A stretch of 64,000 nucleotides of DNA, from assembly GCA_976551045.1 (NCBI GenBank), contig CDPCPM010000102.1, positions 806,001-870,000 on the forward strand. Reading direction: 5' to 3'. Shown piece after piece: positions 1-12,519 of the stretch (within the stretch, counting starts at the first letter, position 1; every line of letters begins with the position of its first letter). The stretch comes from Glaucostegus cemiculus (taxonomy: Eukaryota). The position numbers were made by a program, and so were the translations under genes. The notes below the pieces were generated by a model. That model worked only from the letters and a program-made list of their open reading frames with translations, was not told the DNA's origin and searched no databases.

Positions 1-39
1 AAGGCCCCGGCCTATGCTTGAACAGTGTCACATTTTCCA

Positions 40-405
40 CCTGGATTCAAGTTCAATAACTTACAGTAACTCGCCTTCTTGTTTTGAATCGGAACTGGCC
101 AGTTCTGTTGTAGGTCATCCATGTGTAATTTTAACTTGGTTTCTCTTGACTGACACTGACCCATTGGGCCTTTGCACATGCCACCATAAACTGCTTATCG
201 CTCGGGTCTTACCTTTTTGGAAATATTGTCTCCTCTATTCCCTCTGCTGGAATCCCATTACAAACTCAGGAATTTAAATCTAGTGTTTTGTCCCCTCTTT
301 CCCAGTTCTGAAAGTCTTTGAGCTGAAACACTAACTCTATTCTTCTTTCCACTGATGCTGCCTGACCTGAATATTTCAAGCACTTTCCTGTTTTTTATTG
401 CATTG
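40..405 (+). mobile_element. Penelope-like element 3' tail (pseudo-LTR) remnant
   Basis: Ends in CCCAGTTCTGA...GAAACACTAAC...GATGCTGCCTGACCTGA...TTTTTATT, the same tail that follows the GIY-YIG fragment at 8275-9107. Confidence 0.6.
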
Positions 406-1439
406 AATATAATTGGCCCCATGTGCCTCCAATGCACAAGATTAGTAACTTTAATCATAAAAGAACATCTCCAGTGCACAAATCACTGTACATCCTAAGT
501 TTGCAGAAGTGAACTGTAGAGGTTCCATATGGCTTAACTGACTGTTTGTTTAGTTTGAGGAGAAATAAGAGTTCTGATAAACCATTTGAAGTAGAGAGAG
601 TTTAAGTTTTTAAGCTGTGGTGTGAGCCGAGCCAAAAGATCATAGCACTAAATTCGGCAAAGAAATTAATGCTGAATATGTTCCAGGTCAAAGCAACCAA
701 TTACAGTTTTGTCTGGATGTTGCCTGTCTGTGGTATTTCTCTCCTGTTTGTCTTTGGAACATTGCCATAACCGACAAATCTTACAGATGATCTATTTTTC
801 CCATCCATTTCCCATGAGTGGAAAAAGTGGTACATATGCAGTATTGACTCTGCTGGTTTTTGTTAGATACATCTAGGAAGAAAGATTACAATTTTTCTAA
901 ATGAGGTTTACCACCAGAATAGACATGCAGGAAATCCTGCTGTGACTGAATTTGCCCAAGATCATTTATATACTATGTGAAATTTTTAGCTACAGCTGTT
1001 TAAAGAAAATCTTAAGTGAGTGACATTTCTGGAAGAAAACTGTTGATAATGCAGAGCAGGAGGAAAATTTGAGGAAACTCCATCAGGCATTCTGGTCCAA
1101 AGTCTGGGGAGGAATACAACTTTAGTCCTGAGTTGTTGAGCCAACTAGAATTGATGATTACCAATGTCAGTGAGGAGTTTGAAGAGAATACTTCAACAAA
1201 ATGGAAAAAGTGGATGGTGAATTTTTTTTGGAAACTGTTTTGATTTCTGAAAAGAAATGACATCAAGCATGCAGTACTTTGGTTTATTGGCAGGCAATAA
1301 GTGATTGTATCAAATTGAAAGGAAGTGTTTACAGAAGAGAGTCTGTCAAATTGGAGATGAGAGCCACAAAATGCATTTTGTATGTTGCAGTAAATGGGGA
1401 ACAGTATGGGCATGATTTATTAAAGTGTATGTTTAAACC

Positions 1440-1830
1440 AAAGAAAGATGTTGGGAGGTGGCTTTGAATGAGGATCTTGAAGGAGATGGAGGAACATTAA
1501 ATTTACTGAGGAGCTTACAGGTTAAGGCCTAACTCTCTGAAGGCACATCCGACCAATTTTTTTTTGTGGAGGAGAGTGCAGAGGAGATTTGCAGACTGAG
1601 GAGATTTGGAGTAGATTTAAGTGCTTTTAATTGAATTTGCATGAAGACGTCATGAACGGGATGTGAGGTGGGATGCAATAAAGTCAGCAGACCTGGTACA
1701 AACTGATTTTGGGGAGGTGGGGAAAGAAGTATGGGAGGCCTACTAAAAGCATTGGAGTTGAGTAAAGTGACAAAGCCATAAATGGGCTGATGGCTCAGCA
1801 TTGGGCTGAATGGAGTATAAGTTTACGTGA
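1440..1830 (-). mobile_element. Ancient L2-like LINE 3' region
   Basis: GA-rich decayed sequence (GAGGATCTTGAAGGAGATGGAG...GGCCTAACTCTCTGAAGGCAC) resembling antisense L2 3' coding region; no ORF. Confidence 0.4.
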
Positions 1831-1884
1831 CCTGTTTCAGCTGATGAATGGAATTAATAGCAAAGATATGACATTCTAAGATTT

Positions 1885-2235
1885 TGGAACATAGACCAGT
1901 ACGGCACAGTATGGTCCCTTTGGCCTACAATATTGTGCCCAACTATATAAATGCCTACTCCCTAATTAATCTCACCCTTCCGTCCAACACAGCCCATAAC
2001 CCTCCATTTTACTTGCTTCAGTGTGCCTATCTAAGTCTTTTAAATGTGCCTATTGTATCAGCCCCTACAATGTGTTCCAGGCACCTGCTACTGTCCTTTT
2101 CTTTAAGAAAAGAACCTACCTGTGACATCTCCCCTAAACTTCCCTTCTCTGACCTTAGACTGATGTCCTCTGGTATTGGTCATTGCTGCCCTGTGGAAAA
2201 AGGTGCTGGCTGTACACTCTATCTATGCCCCTCAT
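1885..2235 (-). mobile_element. CR1 LINE 3' fragment
   Basis: Antisense CR1 tail (GAACATAGA...GGTCCCTTTGGCCTACAA) and C-terminal coding remnant, similar to other CR1 copies in the window. Confidence 0.75.
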
Positions 2236-3479
2236 TTTTTTGTTTTGACTATCTTTTCAAAGAGATACTCTTAATAATCCAGCATGCTCAAATATTGGTG
2301 CTGGACTAGCAGAGTATTTTCAGACTATTGAATGTTATGCCTAATATGTTTTAAATTCTTTTAAAAACTTGCATGGTATCTTCTAGTGAACCCAACCATT
2401 TGTAAGGAAGTTTAGGGAAATTTGGTCTTGGTGAGGGGATAGGGAGCACACCGAACCATCAGGATTTCTAATTAGTTGGATGGCAGATGATCAGACTTGC
2501 AATGAAATGAGGAGAGGGTACCTCCTGCCCATAGTGATCTCTTCTTGCAGTACTTAACATTTTTAAGCTGCAAATATTTGTGCCTTCCAGAGTTCTGTCA
2601 GATGTTCTTCCCTTTTCATTTTTATACTATTTTTGTTGGTGTTTAATTACAGTGAGTGCAAAGGTTGTGTAGCAAATGAATTCCAAGGATACCTTGCAAC
2701 TTGTGTTGTCCTTTTGTGATGTATGTCAGTTAGAAACTGAGAGAAATGCTTCCTGTGGGTTGTTGCCATCTTGTAGGTGTGTCATATGATTCTGCCATGT
2801 ATATGCTTTGTACTATTGCTCAGTGTTCAAAGATTGTCTACGAAGAGTAAGGATCAAGCTAACTTGATGGTGAATTTGTGTAAACCTTGACTATAAAAGA
2901 ATCCCCTGTCCAGCCCCACCTTCCTAGCATCCCTTTATTATCACTACCCTTATCTCGAAGCAACCTACTTCCTCGCTATCCATTTCCTCCTATCAATTCC
3001 ACTCTTCACAATCAACCCTTCTCCATTTTTGTCTCCAAAACAAATATATCAAAGCTTAACTCTTATAAATTAGGTTGTTGAACATAGGAGCTGGAACTGT
3101 CAGTGTTCATGCTGTGTAACTGGAAGGCAGAGTGGTCTGGAGTGTATGAGATCTTCAGTCATACTGAGCTCTTTAAAAAAAAAAATTAAGACCCAAAGTA
3201 AATGCTGAATTTGTCAAAATCAAGATTGCAAACTTGGTGTAATTACTTTTTTTCTTCCCCCACTTATCTTGCAACAAGTTGTGATCACATTTAATCCGGT
3301 CTTTGGTTGTATTTGCAATGCTTATCTGGGTGTTGAAGTATGCCATAGCTTCACAAAAAAAATCTCTTGTATCTGGATAGATTTCATTCTGAGAGGTAGA
3401 AAAAGGGGAAATTGGACTAGTGATTTGAACAAATACACCATATTATAATTTGCAAATTTCTTTCATTTTACAGAATGAA

Positions 3480-3790
3480 TGTATCCATCAGCATTTGTTG
3501 CTCATCCTGAGTTGCCCTTGAGGGTGAATGTAAGCCATGTTCATGGATGGCACCTGCTTCCACTGGAAGTACTCCCACAATGTAGGGCAGGGGGTTGTGG
3601 ACCCAGCTGTGATGAAGGCAGTATTTTCAAGTTGGCATTATGTGCAACTTGGAGGGGAACCTGCAACAAGTGGTGTTGCAGGCGATAAAGGTGTCAGGTT
3701 TGGGAGGTGTTGCCAAAGAAGGATTGGTGATTAACTGCTGTGAATTGGGTAGATGCTGTAGCTTCCGTTTATTCAGTGGAGGGGGTAAAT
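3480..3790 (-). mobile_element. Old CR1/L2-group LINE 3' end (same family as the 5500-9210 host element)
   Basis: CATTTGTTGCTCATCCTGAGTTGCCCTTGAG resembles the reverse complement of the tail at 9133-9170. Confidence 0.6.
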
Positions 3791-3859
3791 GTTCAGGGAA
3801 ACAAGTAGGCTGCTTTTTCTTCTTTCCAGAGCTGCATTCATGCAGACTAGTGGAGTGCA

Positions 3860-4440
3860 TTCTATTTCACATTCAGTGAAATTCCACCACCAGCAATCTT
3901 CCCTTTCCTCCCATTTCAGCATTCTAAAGGAATCACTTTCTTTACAACTTGGTGGTCTGTTCTTCCATCTCCCCTAACTGGTCACTGTTTTGGCACTTTC
4001 TCTTCCAACTGCAGCTGGTGCAACGTCCAGTTTTGCCTTCACTCCTCACCATTTATAGACAAATAGACTTTGGTATTTGCTGCTCTTCCAATGCAGTGTG
4101 CTTTATTCTATGCTCCTACTGAGGTCCCCTCCACACTGGGGGAAACCAAATGCAGATTGGGTGACAGCTGTTTTGTTCTGCAGGGGTGGCACTAAAATTC
4201 CAGTTCACTGTCACCTTTAGTTCTCCATCTTATTCCCACTCTGACCTACCTCCTGCACTGTTCTAATGAGGCACCTTGTCTGCTGTTGTGACTTGACTCT
4301 ATATTGAATTCAACTAATTGTGGTAACACTTTAACACTATAACTGTCTAGTTCTGATACAAAGTAAATATTACAGATTAAGACTAAATTTTTCTCTCAGA
4401 CATTTAGCTGGTCTGCTGGGCCTTTCCAATATTTGCTTTT
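3860..4440 (+). mobile_element. Decayed Penelope-like element, GIY-YIG region plus tail
   Basis: CTCCACACTGGGGGAAACCAAATGCAGATTGGGTGACAG aligns by eye with CTCTACATCGGTGAGACCAGATGCAGATTGGGTGACTG at 8430-8467. Confidence 0.65.
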
Positions 4441-5104
4441 GGCATCTCTTCTAGTAGTTTACATTTCAGAGCTTTTTTCATGCCCCTTCTTTTTGTAGGA
4501 GCTCTTGTGTCTATGTGAGTCCTGCTTACCAGTACAGTACTCTTGCTTTTGCCTTTCCTGATGAGATGAAATCAGTAAATTGCTCTTTCAGATTATACAT
4601 AATTAAAATTCTTGAATGATCACAGTGGGATTTGGAGTTTGCTTTTCTCTAGATTTGCAATTATGTCCAAACTCTGATATACTATTCCAGTAACAGAATA
4701 CATGGATGTGATAATGCAGTTAACCATTTTTCTTTTCATTAAGCTATATTGGACTGTTCCTCTTTCGTATCATTGAACTTGCCCACTTGTTGTCCAAATC
4801 CAGTAGACTGATTTACTTCTCATCACTAGACCTGTGTTTATGACTAATTGTATCTTGCTTTCCTTCATTCTTTTAATGGGTATGTAAATCTCACTTCTGT
4901 TCTGCAAAAACAGCATCTTTCCAAGATCTAAACATCTCATGCCTCATTCAACATTTTTGGCTCCTATTTCAAACCATTGACCCTGCTATCTGATCTCAAA
5001 TGGAGTTCATATTTGCTAGATGAGATTTTAAAAATGCATTCCTGCACCATTTCTTCTGAAGGTGCTAATCCTCATGGAAGTAGTTCAAAGGTAAGTCGGT
5101 CATT

Positions 5105-5245
5105 GTTGGAAATCTGAAAATATGAAATGTTGGGAATACCCAGTAAGGTGGGAGTAACATTTGTGGAGAGAAGAATAAAATTACTGTTTTTGGACTAAGG
5201 AGTTCTGACAAAAACCTTTTTTAGATTAGTAATTGTTTATCTCAT
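5105..5245. mobile_element. Very decayed Penelope-type tail fragments (antisense then sense)
   Basis: GAAATGTTGGGAATACCCAGTAAG...CATTTGTGGAGAGA resembles the antisense tail; GTTCTGACAAAAACC resembles the sense core. Confidence 0.35.
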
Positions 5246-6974
5246 ACTGAGATACAGTGGGAAAACTGCCAGACTGGGTTATGAGTAAACATATAAAACC
5301 TTTTTCCCTCTAATCTACAGATTTTTTGATCCTAGTTGGCACTGTTAGAAGTGATCACAACATAGTTCTTGTGGAGGCCAAGTCTGGCTTTCACAGTAAG
5401 GACACCCTTAATATGTGCCACATTACACTTGTGCTAAATAGAACAGATTCAGAAAAGATTTGGTTTCTGTGAAACACTGGACTCCAAGCAGCAGCAGAAA
5501 TGTACACTACCACAATCCATAACCTCATGGCCTGGCATATTCCTCACTTAGTATTAATTTCAAGCAGAGGATCAATGCTGGTTCAAGCAGGTGTGCAAGA
5601 GGTACATCTAAAATTAGGTGCTACTTTAATGAAGCTGCTACACAGAACAACATTCATACTAAACAGCATGTGATAGACTGAGCTAAGCAATCTTGCAGTC
5701 AGTGGGTCTGATCACAGGTCTACAGTGCTACTACGTCTGATGCTGAGTGGTGGACAATAAAATAGGTAATGGGAGGAGGAACCTCTGTGAATATCCCCAA
5801 GCTCAACTATACTAGGGGCCTCTCCTCATCTCACTGCAAAAGGTTAAGGCTAAAGCAATTACAATCATGTTCAGCTGTGGTGCTGAATTGATCCAGCCCA
5901 GCTTCTTCCTCAGATCCCCAACATGGAAACAAGTCTCCAGCCAACTGGATTCGGTCCTAGTGATGTTAAGGAACAGCTGATGACAACGGCCTACATGGGA
6001 GGGTGTGGAACCAGACAGCATCCCAGCTGTGGCATTGAAGACCTGTATGTCAGTAGTAGCTATGCCTGTAGCCAAGCAGTTCCAGTGCAGATGCAACACT
6101 GGCATCTATCTGTTGATGTGGAAATTTTTTTGGCCAGGTCACAAAGTAGGACTAATCCACTTCAGCTAATTACTGTCCAATTTGTCTACTCTCAATCACC
6201 AGAAGTGATGGAATTCATTTAACAGTACTATTAAGCAGCACACATTTACTAATAACTTTCTGGGTTTTGACAAGATGGCTCCCCACACCAGATTTCATCA
6301 GTATTGGTCTAAACATGGGCCAAAAACCTGAATTCCAGAATTATTGCGCTTGATATCAAGACAGCATTGAGTGTGGCTTCAGGGTGCCCTGGTAAGTTGA
6401 AGTTAATGGATATCCAAGAGAAAATGCTGCAGTGGTTGGAGTTGCACCTTGTAAAAAGGAGGATTGTGATGGTTGTTGGAAGTCGATCACCACGGACCCA
6501 GAACATCACTGTGGGGATTCCTTGGGGCAGTCTCCTAAACTCAATTCAACTGCTTTATTAATCCTCCCTATCTCTTGAGGCCTGAACTGGGGATTTTCCT
6601 TGATTGCCCAATGTTTAATTACATTCACAACTCCTCGGCAATTGAAACTGTCCACACCTGTGTGCAGCAAGAATTAGACAAATGGCAAACAACACCTGTA
6701 TCATAATTGTCAGGCACCATCTCCAAAAGTGCATAAACATTTACCTGTTGACATTCAGTGACATTACTATTGCCGAGTCTGTCCTGCATCATGGGAATTG
6801 CCATTGACCAGAAACTCAGTGGACCAGTCACCAATACCATGACTACAGAGCAGGTTGGAGGCTGGGTGTCTTGCAATAAGATGTGCATCTCCTGACATTC
6901 CAAACTTTTTCCACTGTATCTACAAGGTGTAAAACAGGCATCTGATGGAATATTTCCTACTTGTCTGGACAAGT

Positions 6975-8219
6975 TTCAATACCATCATCCCGCAACAGCT
7001 AATCAAGAAGTTGAGCGCTCTGGGCATTAACTCTCCTCTCTGCAACTGGATACTGGATTTTCTAACTTGCAGGCCGCAGTCAGTCAAAATTGGTAAAAAC
7101 ACCTCAAGCACCATCACACTGAGCACTGGCTCCCCACAGGGTTGTGTGCTCAGTCTGCTCCTGTTCACCTTGTTGACATACGAATGTGAGGCCAGATCCA
7201 GCTCCAACCGCATTGTTAAATTTGCCGATGACACGACAGTGGTGGGTCTTGTCACGAATGACGATGAGTCAGACTACAGAGAGGAGGTGAAACAACTAGC
7301 GGTGTGGTGCCATGACAACAACCTCTCCTTGAATGTGGATAAAACCAAGGAGATGATAGTGGATTTTAGGAGGGGCCACTGTGTGCACGCCCCACTGACC
7401 ATCAACTGGTCTGCTGTGGAACAAGTACGCAGCACCAAGTTCCTGGGGGTGCACATCACCGACGACCTGACCTGGTCCACTAACATTACGGCCCTTACGA
7501 AGAAAGCTCAAATGCCTCTACTTCCTGCGGAGACTGAGGAAAGCGTACCCCCATCCCTCCGTCATGAAAACCTTCTATAGGGGGACCATTGAGAGCATCC
7601 TAACTCAATGTATCACTGTTTGGTTTGGGAGCTGCTCAGCTGCTGGGCGGAAGTCCCTCTAGAAGATAGTTAGGGCTGCGGAGTGGATCATAGGTGTCTC
7701 GCTTCCATCCCTCGCAGATGTATACAAAGACCGTTGTGTGAGGAAGACCAAAAGCATAATGGCCGACCCTTCTCACCCCTCCCACCACCTCTTCACAATT
7801 TTGCCATCAGGGAGGAGGCTTAAATATATCAGGGCAAGAACGACCAGGCTGAACAATAGCTGCTTTCCGCAAGCCATCAGAACTGCAAACTCTCATCCCT
7901 CCATCTTCCTTTGTTAACACTAAGAGATGCTAGGTGCACAGAAACGCACCAGCACTTTAAATGCCTGACACCAGCCCGTTCGCTGTAATAACTATTTATT
8001 TATTTACTGGCCATTTTTAATTTAATCTGCGTACTAATTTAATTTTAACTTCTGTAGCTTTTAATGTCTAATGTTTTGTAATGTTTATTCTGTCAAGTGT
8101 GTATGTGTGTCTCTATTGGTTGTTATGTTATTTTATGGGACGAGCACCTGAGGAGGACGGTATCTCGCTCCTATGCATACTATGTATGTATATGATTGTG
8201 ACAATAAAAACTGATTCTG
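6975..8219 (+). mobile_element. Rex1/Babar LINE, young family, 5'-truncated
   Basis: RT motifs [45 protein letters not shown]; 2-bp frameshift after KKAQ relative to the second copy; AATAAA then GATTCTGA tail; AAGT duplicated on both sides. Confidence 0.93.
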
Positions 8220-8274
8220 AAGTGTAGTGTCAACAATCCCCAAGAAGCTCTGCACCACCCAGGACGAAGCAATG

Positions 8275-9107
8275 ACCCTCCCAGCACTTATCCCTGCAAC
8301 TGTGTAAAGTGCTATACCTCCTTCCTCACCACCATTCAGGATCTCAGATAATCCTTCCAGGTGAGGCAGCACTTCAAATGTGAATCCAAGAGTGTCATTT
8401 ATTGCATCTGGTGCTCCCTGTGTGCCCTCCTCTACATCGGTGAGACCAGATGCAGATTGGGTGACTGTTTCATTGAGCACCTTTGCTCTGTCTGCTGCAA
8501 AAGCAAGGATCTCCCAGTGGCCACCCACTTCAATTCCACATCACACTCCCACACTGACGTGTCTATCCATGGCCTCCACTACTGCCATGTTGAGGCCAGA
8601 TACAGGTTGGAGGAGTAAAACCTCATGTTCTGCCTTGGTAGTCTCTCTAACTTCTGGTAACCCCACCTCTCAGCACACCCACCCCCCTCCCCCCTTTGTT
8701 TTCCCTCATTCCTATGAGCCCCTCACCCCTTCTCTTTCCCTCCTATTCCATGGTCCACTGTACTCTCCTACTGGATTCATCCTCCTCCTTCAGCCCTTTG
8801 CCTCTTCTATGTATCACCTCTCAGCTTTTTGCATCACTCCCTTTCATTCCCCCTCCACCATTCATTTGCCCTCCTCCCCTCCCCACCTCACTCAGACTCT
8901 CCCATCACCTGCCAGCTTGTGCTCCTCCCCCTCCCATGACCACCTTATTCTGGCTTCTGCCCTCTTCCGTTCCACTCCTGATGAAGGGTCTCGACCTAAA
9001 ATGTCAGCTGTTTATTTCCTTCCATTGATGCTACCTGACCTGCTGTAAGTTCCTCCAGCATTTTGTGTGTTGCTCCAGATTCCAGCATTTGCAGAATTTC
9101 TTGTCTC
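8275..9107 (+). mobile_element. Penelope-like element 3' part: GIY-YIG endonuclease plus tail
   Basis: ORF 8361-8618 VIYCIWCSLCALLYIGETRCRLGDCFIEH...VATHFN is a PLE GIY-YIG domain; followed by C/T-rich UTR and hammerhead-like motif. Confidence 0.9.
8970..9030 (+). ncRNA. Degenerate minimal hammerhead ribozyme motif in Penelope tail
   Basis: CTGATGA (8978-8984), A, stem GGGT-CTCG-ACCT, then AAAA where GAAA is expected (CpG-decay-like change); probably inactive in this copy. Confidence 0.55.
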
Positions 9108-9689
9108 AGTTCAAGGTGGCAGCTTGCCCTCATCTTGAGGGCCAATTAGGAATGGGTGATAAATGCAGGCCTTGCCAGCAGGGCCCAGGTTCTGAAAAAT
9201 TAACAAAACATTCTTTGAGCAAAGAGCAAGAATAATATAAACAAAAATGGAATCAAACAATTTCCAGGCCTTGGATATCCAATAGCAGAAAGGTACAGCT
9301 CACACCAAGCGCCCAATTAAACCCATTGTGGCATCTGCACGAAACATTACATCGGTTGGTATTTAAAGCTAGACCTTTATGTATCATCTGCAGCTTTTGG
9401 TTGTGGACAGTTCTAGGCTGAAAGCCTAGCAAGTTTAAGTCAGCAAGAGCTGGTCTCCCAGCAACTGTTGATTTGATATTAGACTCCATAGAGAATTATC
9501 CAAAATTAGCTTTTTCTGTTTGTATCTGAATTGGCTGCCTATCATTTTGTTTGGCTTCGCTTTTATTTTTGTATTGTCTGGTCTGCTGGACATGTACTGC
9601 AGTCTTGCCATTGACAAAGAAGTGTAATGTGAACTTGACTGCCATGTTAAGTCATCCAATCTTGCCCTTAGGTATTCCCTTTGTTCAAT

Positions 9690-9875
9690 ACCTTCCCCTC
9701 TCCCACTTTCACTGCTACCTAAAACTAATGTTTTCTTTTCCCCAGTTCTGATCAGGTGTTCTGGACTGGAAATGTTAACTGTTTCTCTCTTCACAGATGC
9801 TGCCTGACCTGCTGAGTGTGTCTAGCATTTTTTTGTTTCTGATTTCAAATTCCCAGTCTCTGCAGACTTTTTTGT
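9690..9875 (+). mobile_element. Penelope-type tail remnant
   Basis: CCCAGTTCTGATCAGG...GAAATGTTAAC...CAGATGCTGCCTGACCTGCTGAG. Confidence 0.7.
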
Positions 9876-9974
9876 CCATCTGCTATCAATGTCCTTGGTT
9901 TTATGTTGCTTCAGAAGCCAGCTGTTTTATCATGCTTTACATTGAACCTATTCTTCACTATCTACTTCACCACA

Positions 9975-10465
9975 AACCTTCATGTCACTGGCAAACTTAC
10001 CAACCCATCCTTCCACTTCCTCATATAAATCATTTATAAAAGTCACAGAGCAGGGATCCCAGAAATGATTCCTGCAGAACACCACTAGTCACTGACCTCC
10101 AGGTTGAATGCTCCCCTTCTACAACCACCCTCTGCCTTCTGTGGGCAAGCCAATTTCAAATCCACACAGCCAATTTTCCATGGATCCCATACATCAAGAC
10201 TTTCTGAATAAGCCCACCATAGGGAACCTTGTCAAGTGCCTTGCTAAGTCCATTTATAACACATCCACTACACTAGCTTCATCAATTTGTCCTGTCACTT
10301 CCTCAAAAAAAACCTCTATTAGGCTCATGAGGCATGACCTGCCCTTTACAAAGCCATGTTGACTATCCCTAATAAGACCATGTTTCTCCAAATGCCATAA
10401 CTCCTGTCCCTAAGAATCCTCTCCAATAGTTTGCCTGCCACTAGTGTAAGACTTGCTGGTCTATA
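9975..10465 (-). mobile_element. CR1 LINE RT internal fragment
   Basis: Antisense reads as decayed HGFVKGRSCL...VDVLYMDLARHLTRF (for DFSKAFDKVP). Confidence 0.75.
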
Positions 10466-11644
10466 ATCAGAAACAAGATTTAGTAGTTTATTGAGTGCTG
10501 AATTACAACTTTATTTCTGGAAATGTGCTTTTATTCAACATTTAGTGTCTTTACTTGAAAAAGGAATTCAAGTTGGAGATGGTTTTGGAAATTGACATAG
10601 CTGCAGTCTCCTTGCCTTATTTTTGATTTTTGCTAACTCCCTGAATCTGGAAAATACGTATAAAAGTATAAATCTAATTTTAGTTTCTGTAAAGAATTTC
10701 AGCCACCTCAACTGAAGGTATCTGCTCATGTTAATTTGCTTCACCCAAACATATGTAAATACATCATGGGTCAGTATTTTGTGTATGTTAACAATTATAG
10801 TTGCTCATGATCTTGGCAGCTGTTTCCTGTTCTTTAGTTCTCCAGTATTGCTGGCTATCTGGTAGTTGTTTTGATTTGAACAATTAATGGAGTTCAGATT
10901 TTTAATAATGTATTGTGGATTGTTTCTGAAATAAGCCTGTTTTGCTGTATGATGTTTTCCTCTGTGCCATAATTGGGCTTCTGCTTTGATCTTGGTTGAA
11001 TGCTTCTGTGATAATTACTTAAACCATCCTTTAGTCAGCAACATCTTTGGAAATTCGTGACTAGTTTTCTTACTGTGGCCAAGCTTTGCTTTGCAGATTT
11101 TGATAAACTCCAGTGGAAAAAAAATACAAAAAAGCAGTCAGTTTGGTACAACTGTGTAAATCTGTCAAATATACTTGGCTTCACTGTCAGATAGCTGACT
11201 TTGCTTTCTTTTTGCAATTGAAAATTGTTACAAGAAATTGTTACAAAATAATATAGTAAAAACAGCCAGAGGTAGGAATTTTAATGATGTATTTGCATTC
11301 ACAGTTGACAAAGGGAAATTTTCACTACCCTGAGATACTGGCATTCAAAATGCTTTGGTGGCTATATTGTTAATGTGCTGAATGTTTAACAAAGTGCCAT
11401 TCTTTTTGATCAGAGATATTCTTATAGTTTAAGGTTTATCTTGCTGGTCAATGCTTTTCATTACATTGCAGCATGGAAGGGAACAATGTTCCCTGCAGTG
11501 GTGGGGTAGACTTGTCTTTTTTCCCCCCAGTCTAAATACAATGTGTTGTTTACCTGTTCAATTATTGTTAACTGATAACAATGTGGAGAACATTTCTAGT
11601 TCTACAGTTTGATGCAGTATATTTTGGCTCCTTTTTTAACCAAA

Positions 11645-12142
11645 CTGACTGTGCTATAGGAAGGATGTGGTTAAGCTAGAGAGGGTGCAGTAAAGACTCT
11701 CAAGGGCTGGAGGCCTTCCATTAAGAATGGACAGGTTGGGATTGTTTTCCATGGAGTGAAGGTGGTTGAGAGGTGACATTCTAGAGGTTTAAAATCTGTG
11801 AGGGACATAGGTAGGATAGATGGTCAGGCTTTTTCCCTTGGGTAGGGGGGAGTCTAAAACTAGACGTGTAGGTTTAAGGTGAGAGGAAAAGATTTCAAGG
11901 GGATCTGAGGGGTGAGCTTTTTCGTACACTGGGTGGTAGGTATATGGAACAATATATGGCCAGAGGAAGTGGTGGAGGCAGGTACAATTACAACATTTAA
12001 AAGATTTTTTTAACAGGTTAGGAATGGTTCAGTGGGACATGAGCCAAATGCAGACAAATGAGATTTAGCTTGGATAGGCATCTTGATTTGGCATGGACAA
12101 GTTGAGCTGATGGGCCTGTTTCCATGCTATATAACTCTCTGA
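11645..12142 (+). mobile_element. CR1 LINE 3' fragment
   Basis: YRKDVVKLERVQ remnant and tail GGGCCTGTTTCCATGCTATATAACTCT. Confidence 0.8.
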
Positions 12143-12519
12143 ATCTACAAATGCACCCCTGAGTGAACTCCTATGACTTTTTAGGCTTTAGATGCTTTAC
12201 CAGGCATAATGCAGATATTACTATGTTACAGTGCAAATTTCTCATGTGATAGGTATCAACCAGGCATGACAAACTGCTTTCATCATACTGGCACAAGTTC
12301 AACCAAGCATCATGGCACCCTTGTAAAATGGTCTACTTGGTGCATATCTGGCTGCTCCATAATTCAAAGTTGCTGGTGGTTTTCAATAACCCACCAAAGG
12401 CTCAATATCCATGGTCTCTTGCAACTGGGGAATATAGTTCAATGGTACTGCAGAGTGCCAACAGACACCAAGATGAAGATGTCTGGACAGGTGATCAAAG
12501 ACTTGACCAAAGAACTGTT

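Larger units (their letters stand above)
5500..9210 (+). mobile_element. Old CR1/L2-group non-LTR retrotransposon (RT pseudogene), host to two nested insertions
   Basis: Decayed RT motifs (ALDIKTA, GIPWGSLL for [16 protein letters not shown]); its sequence resumes at 8220-8273 after the Rex1 insert, and its tail appears at 9108-9210. Confidence 0.65.

Noticed and set aside
1012-1413. 133-aa ORF and the other short non-repeat ORFs in the track
   Set aside because: No recognisable domains; lengths and composition are as expected for random ORFs, many with non-ATG starts
5020-5096. Exon ending at a perfect AAG|GTAAGT donor
   Set aside because: Weak acceptor, 71 nt, unrecognised peptide; no other support
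8380-9048. 222-aa ORF as a host gene
   Set aside because: Alternative frame over the Penelope GIY-YIG and C/T-rich UTR; low-complexity Pro/Ser peptide
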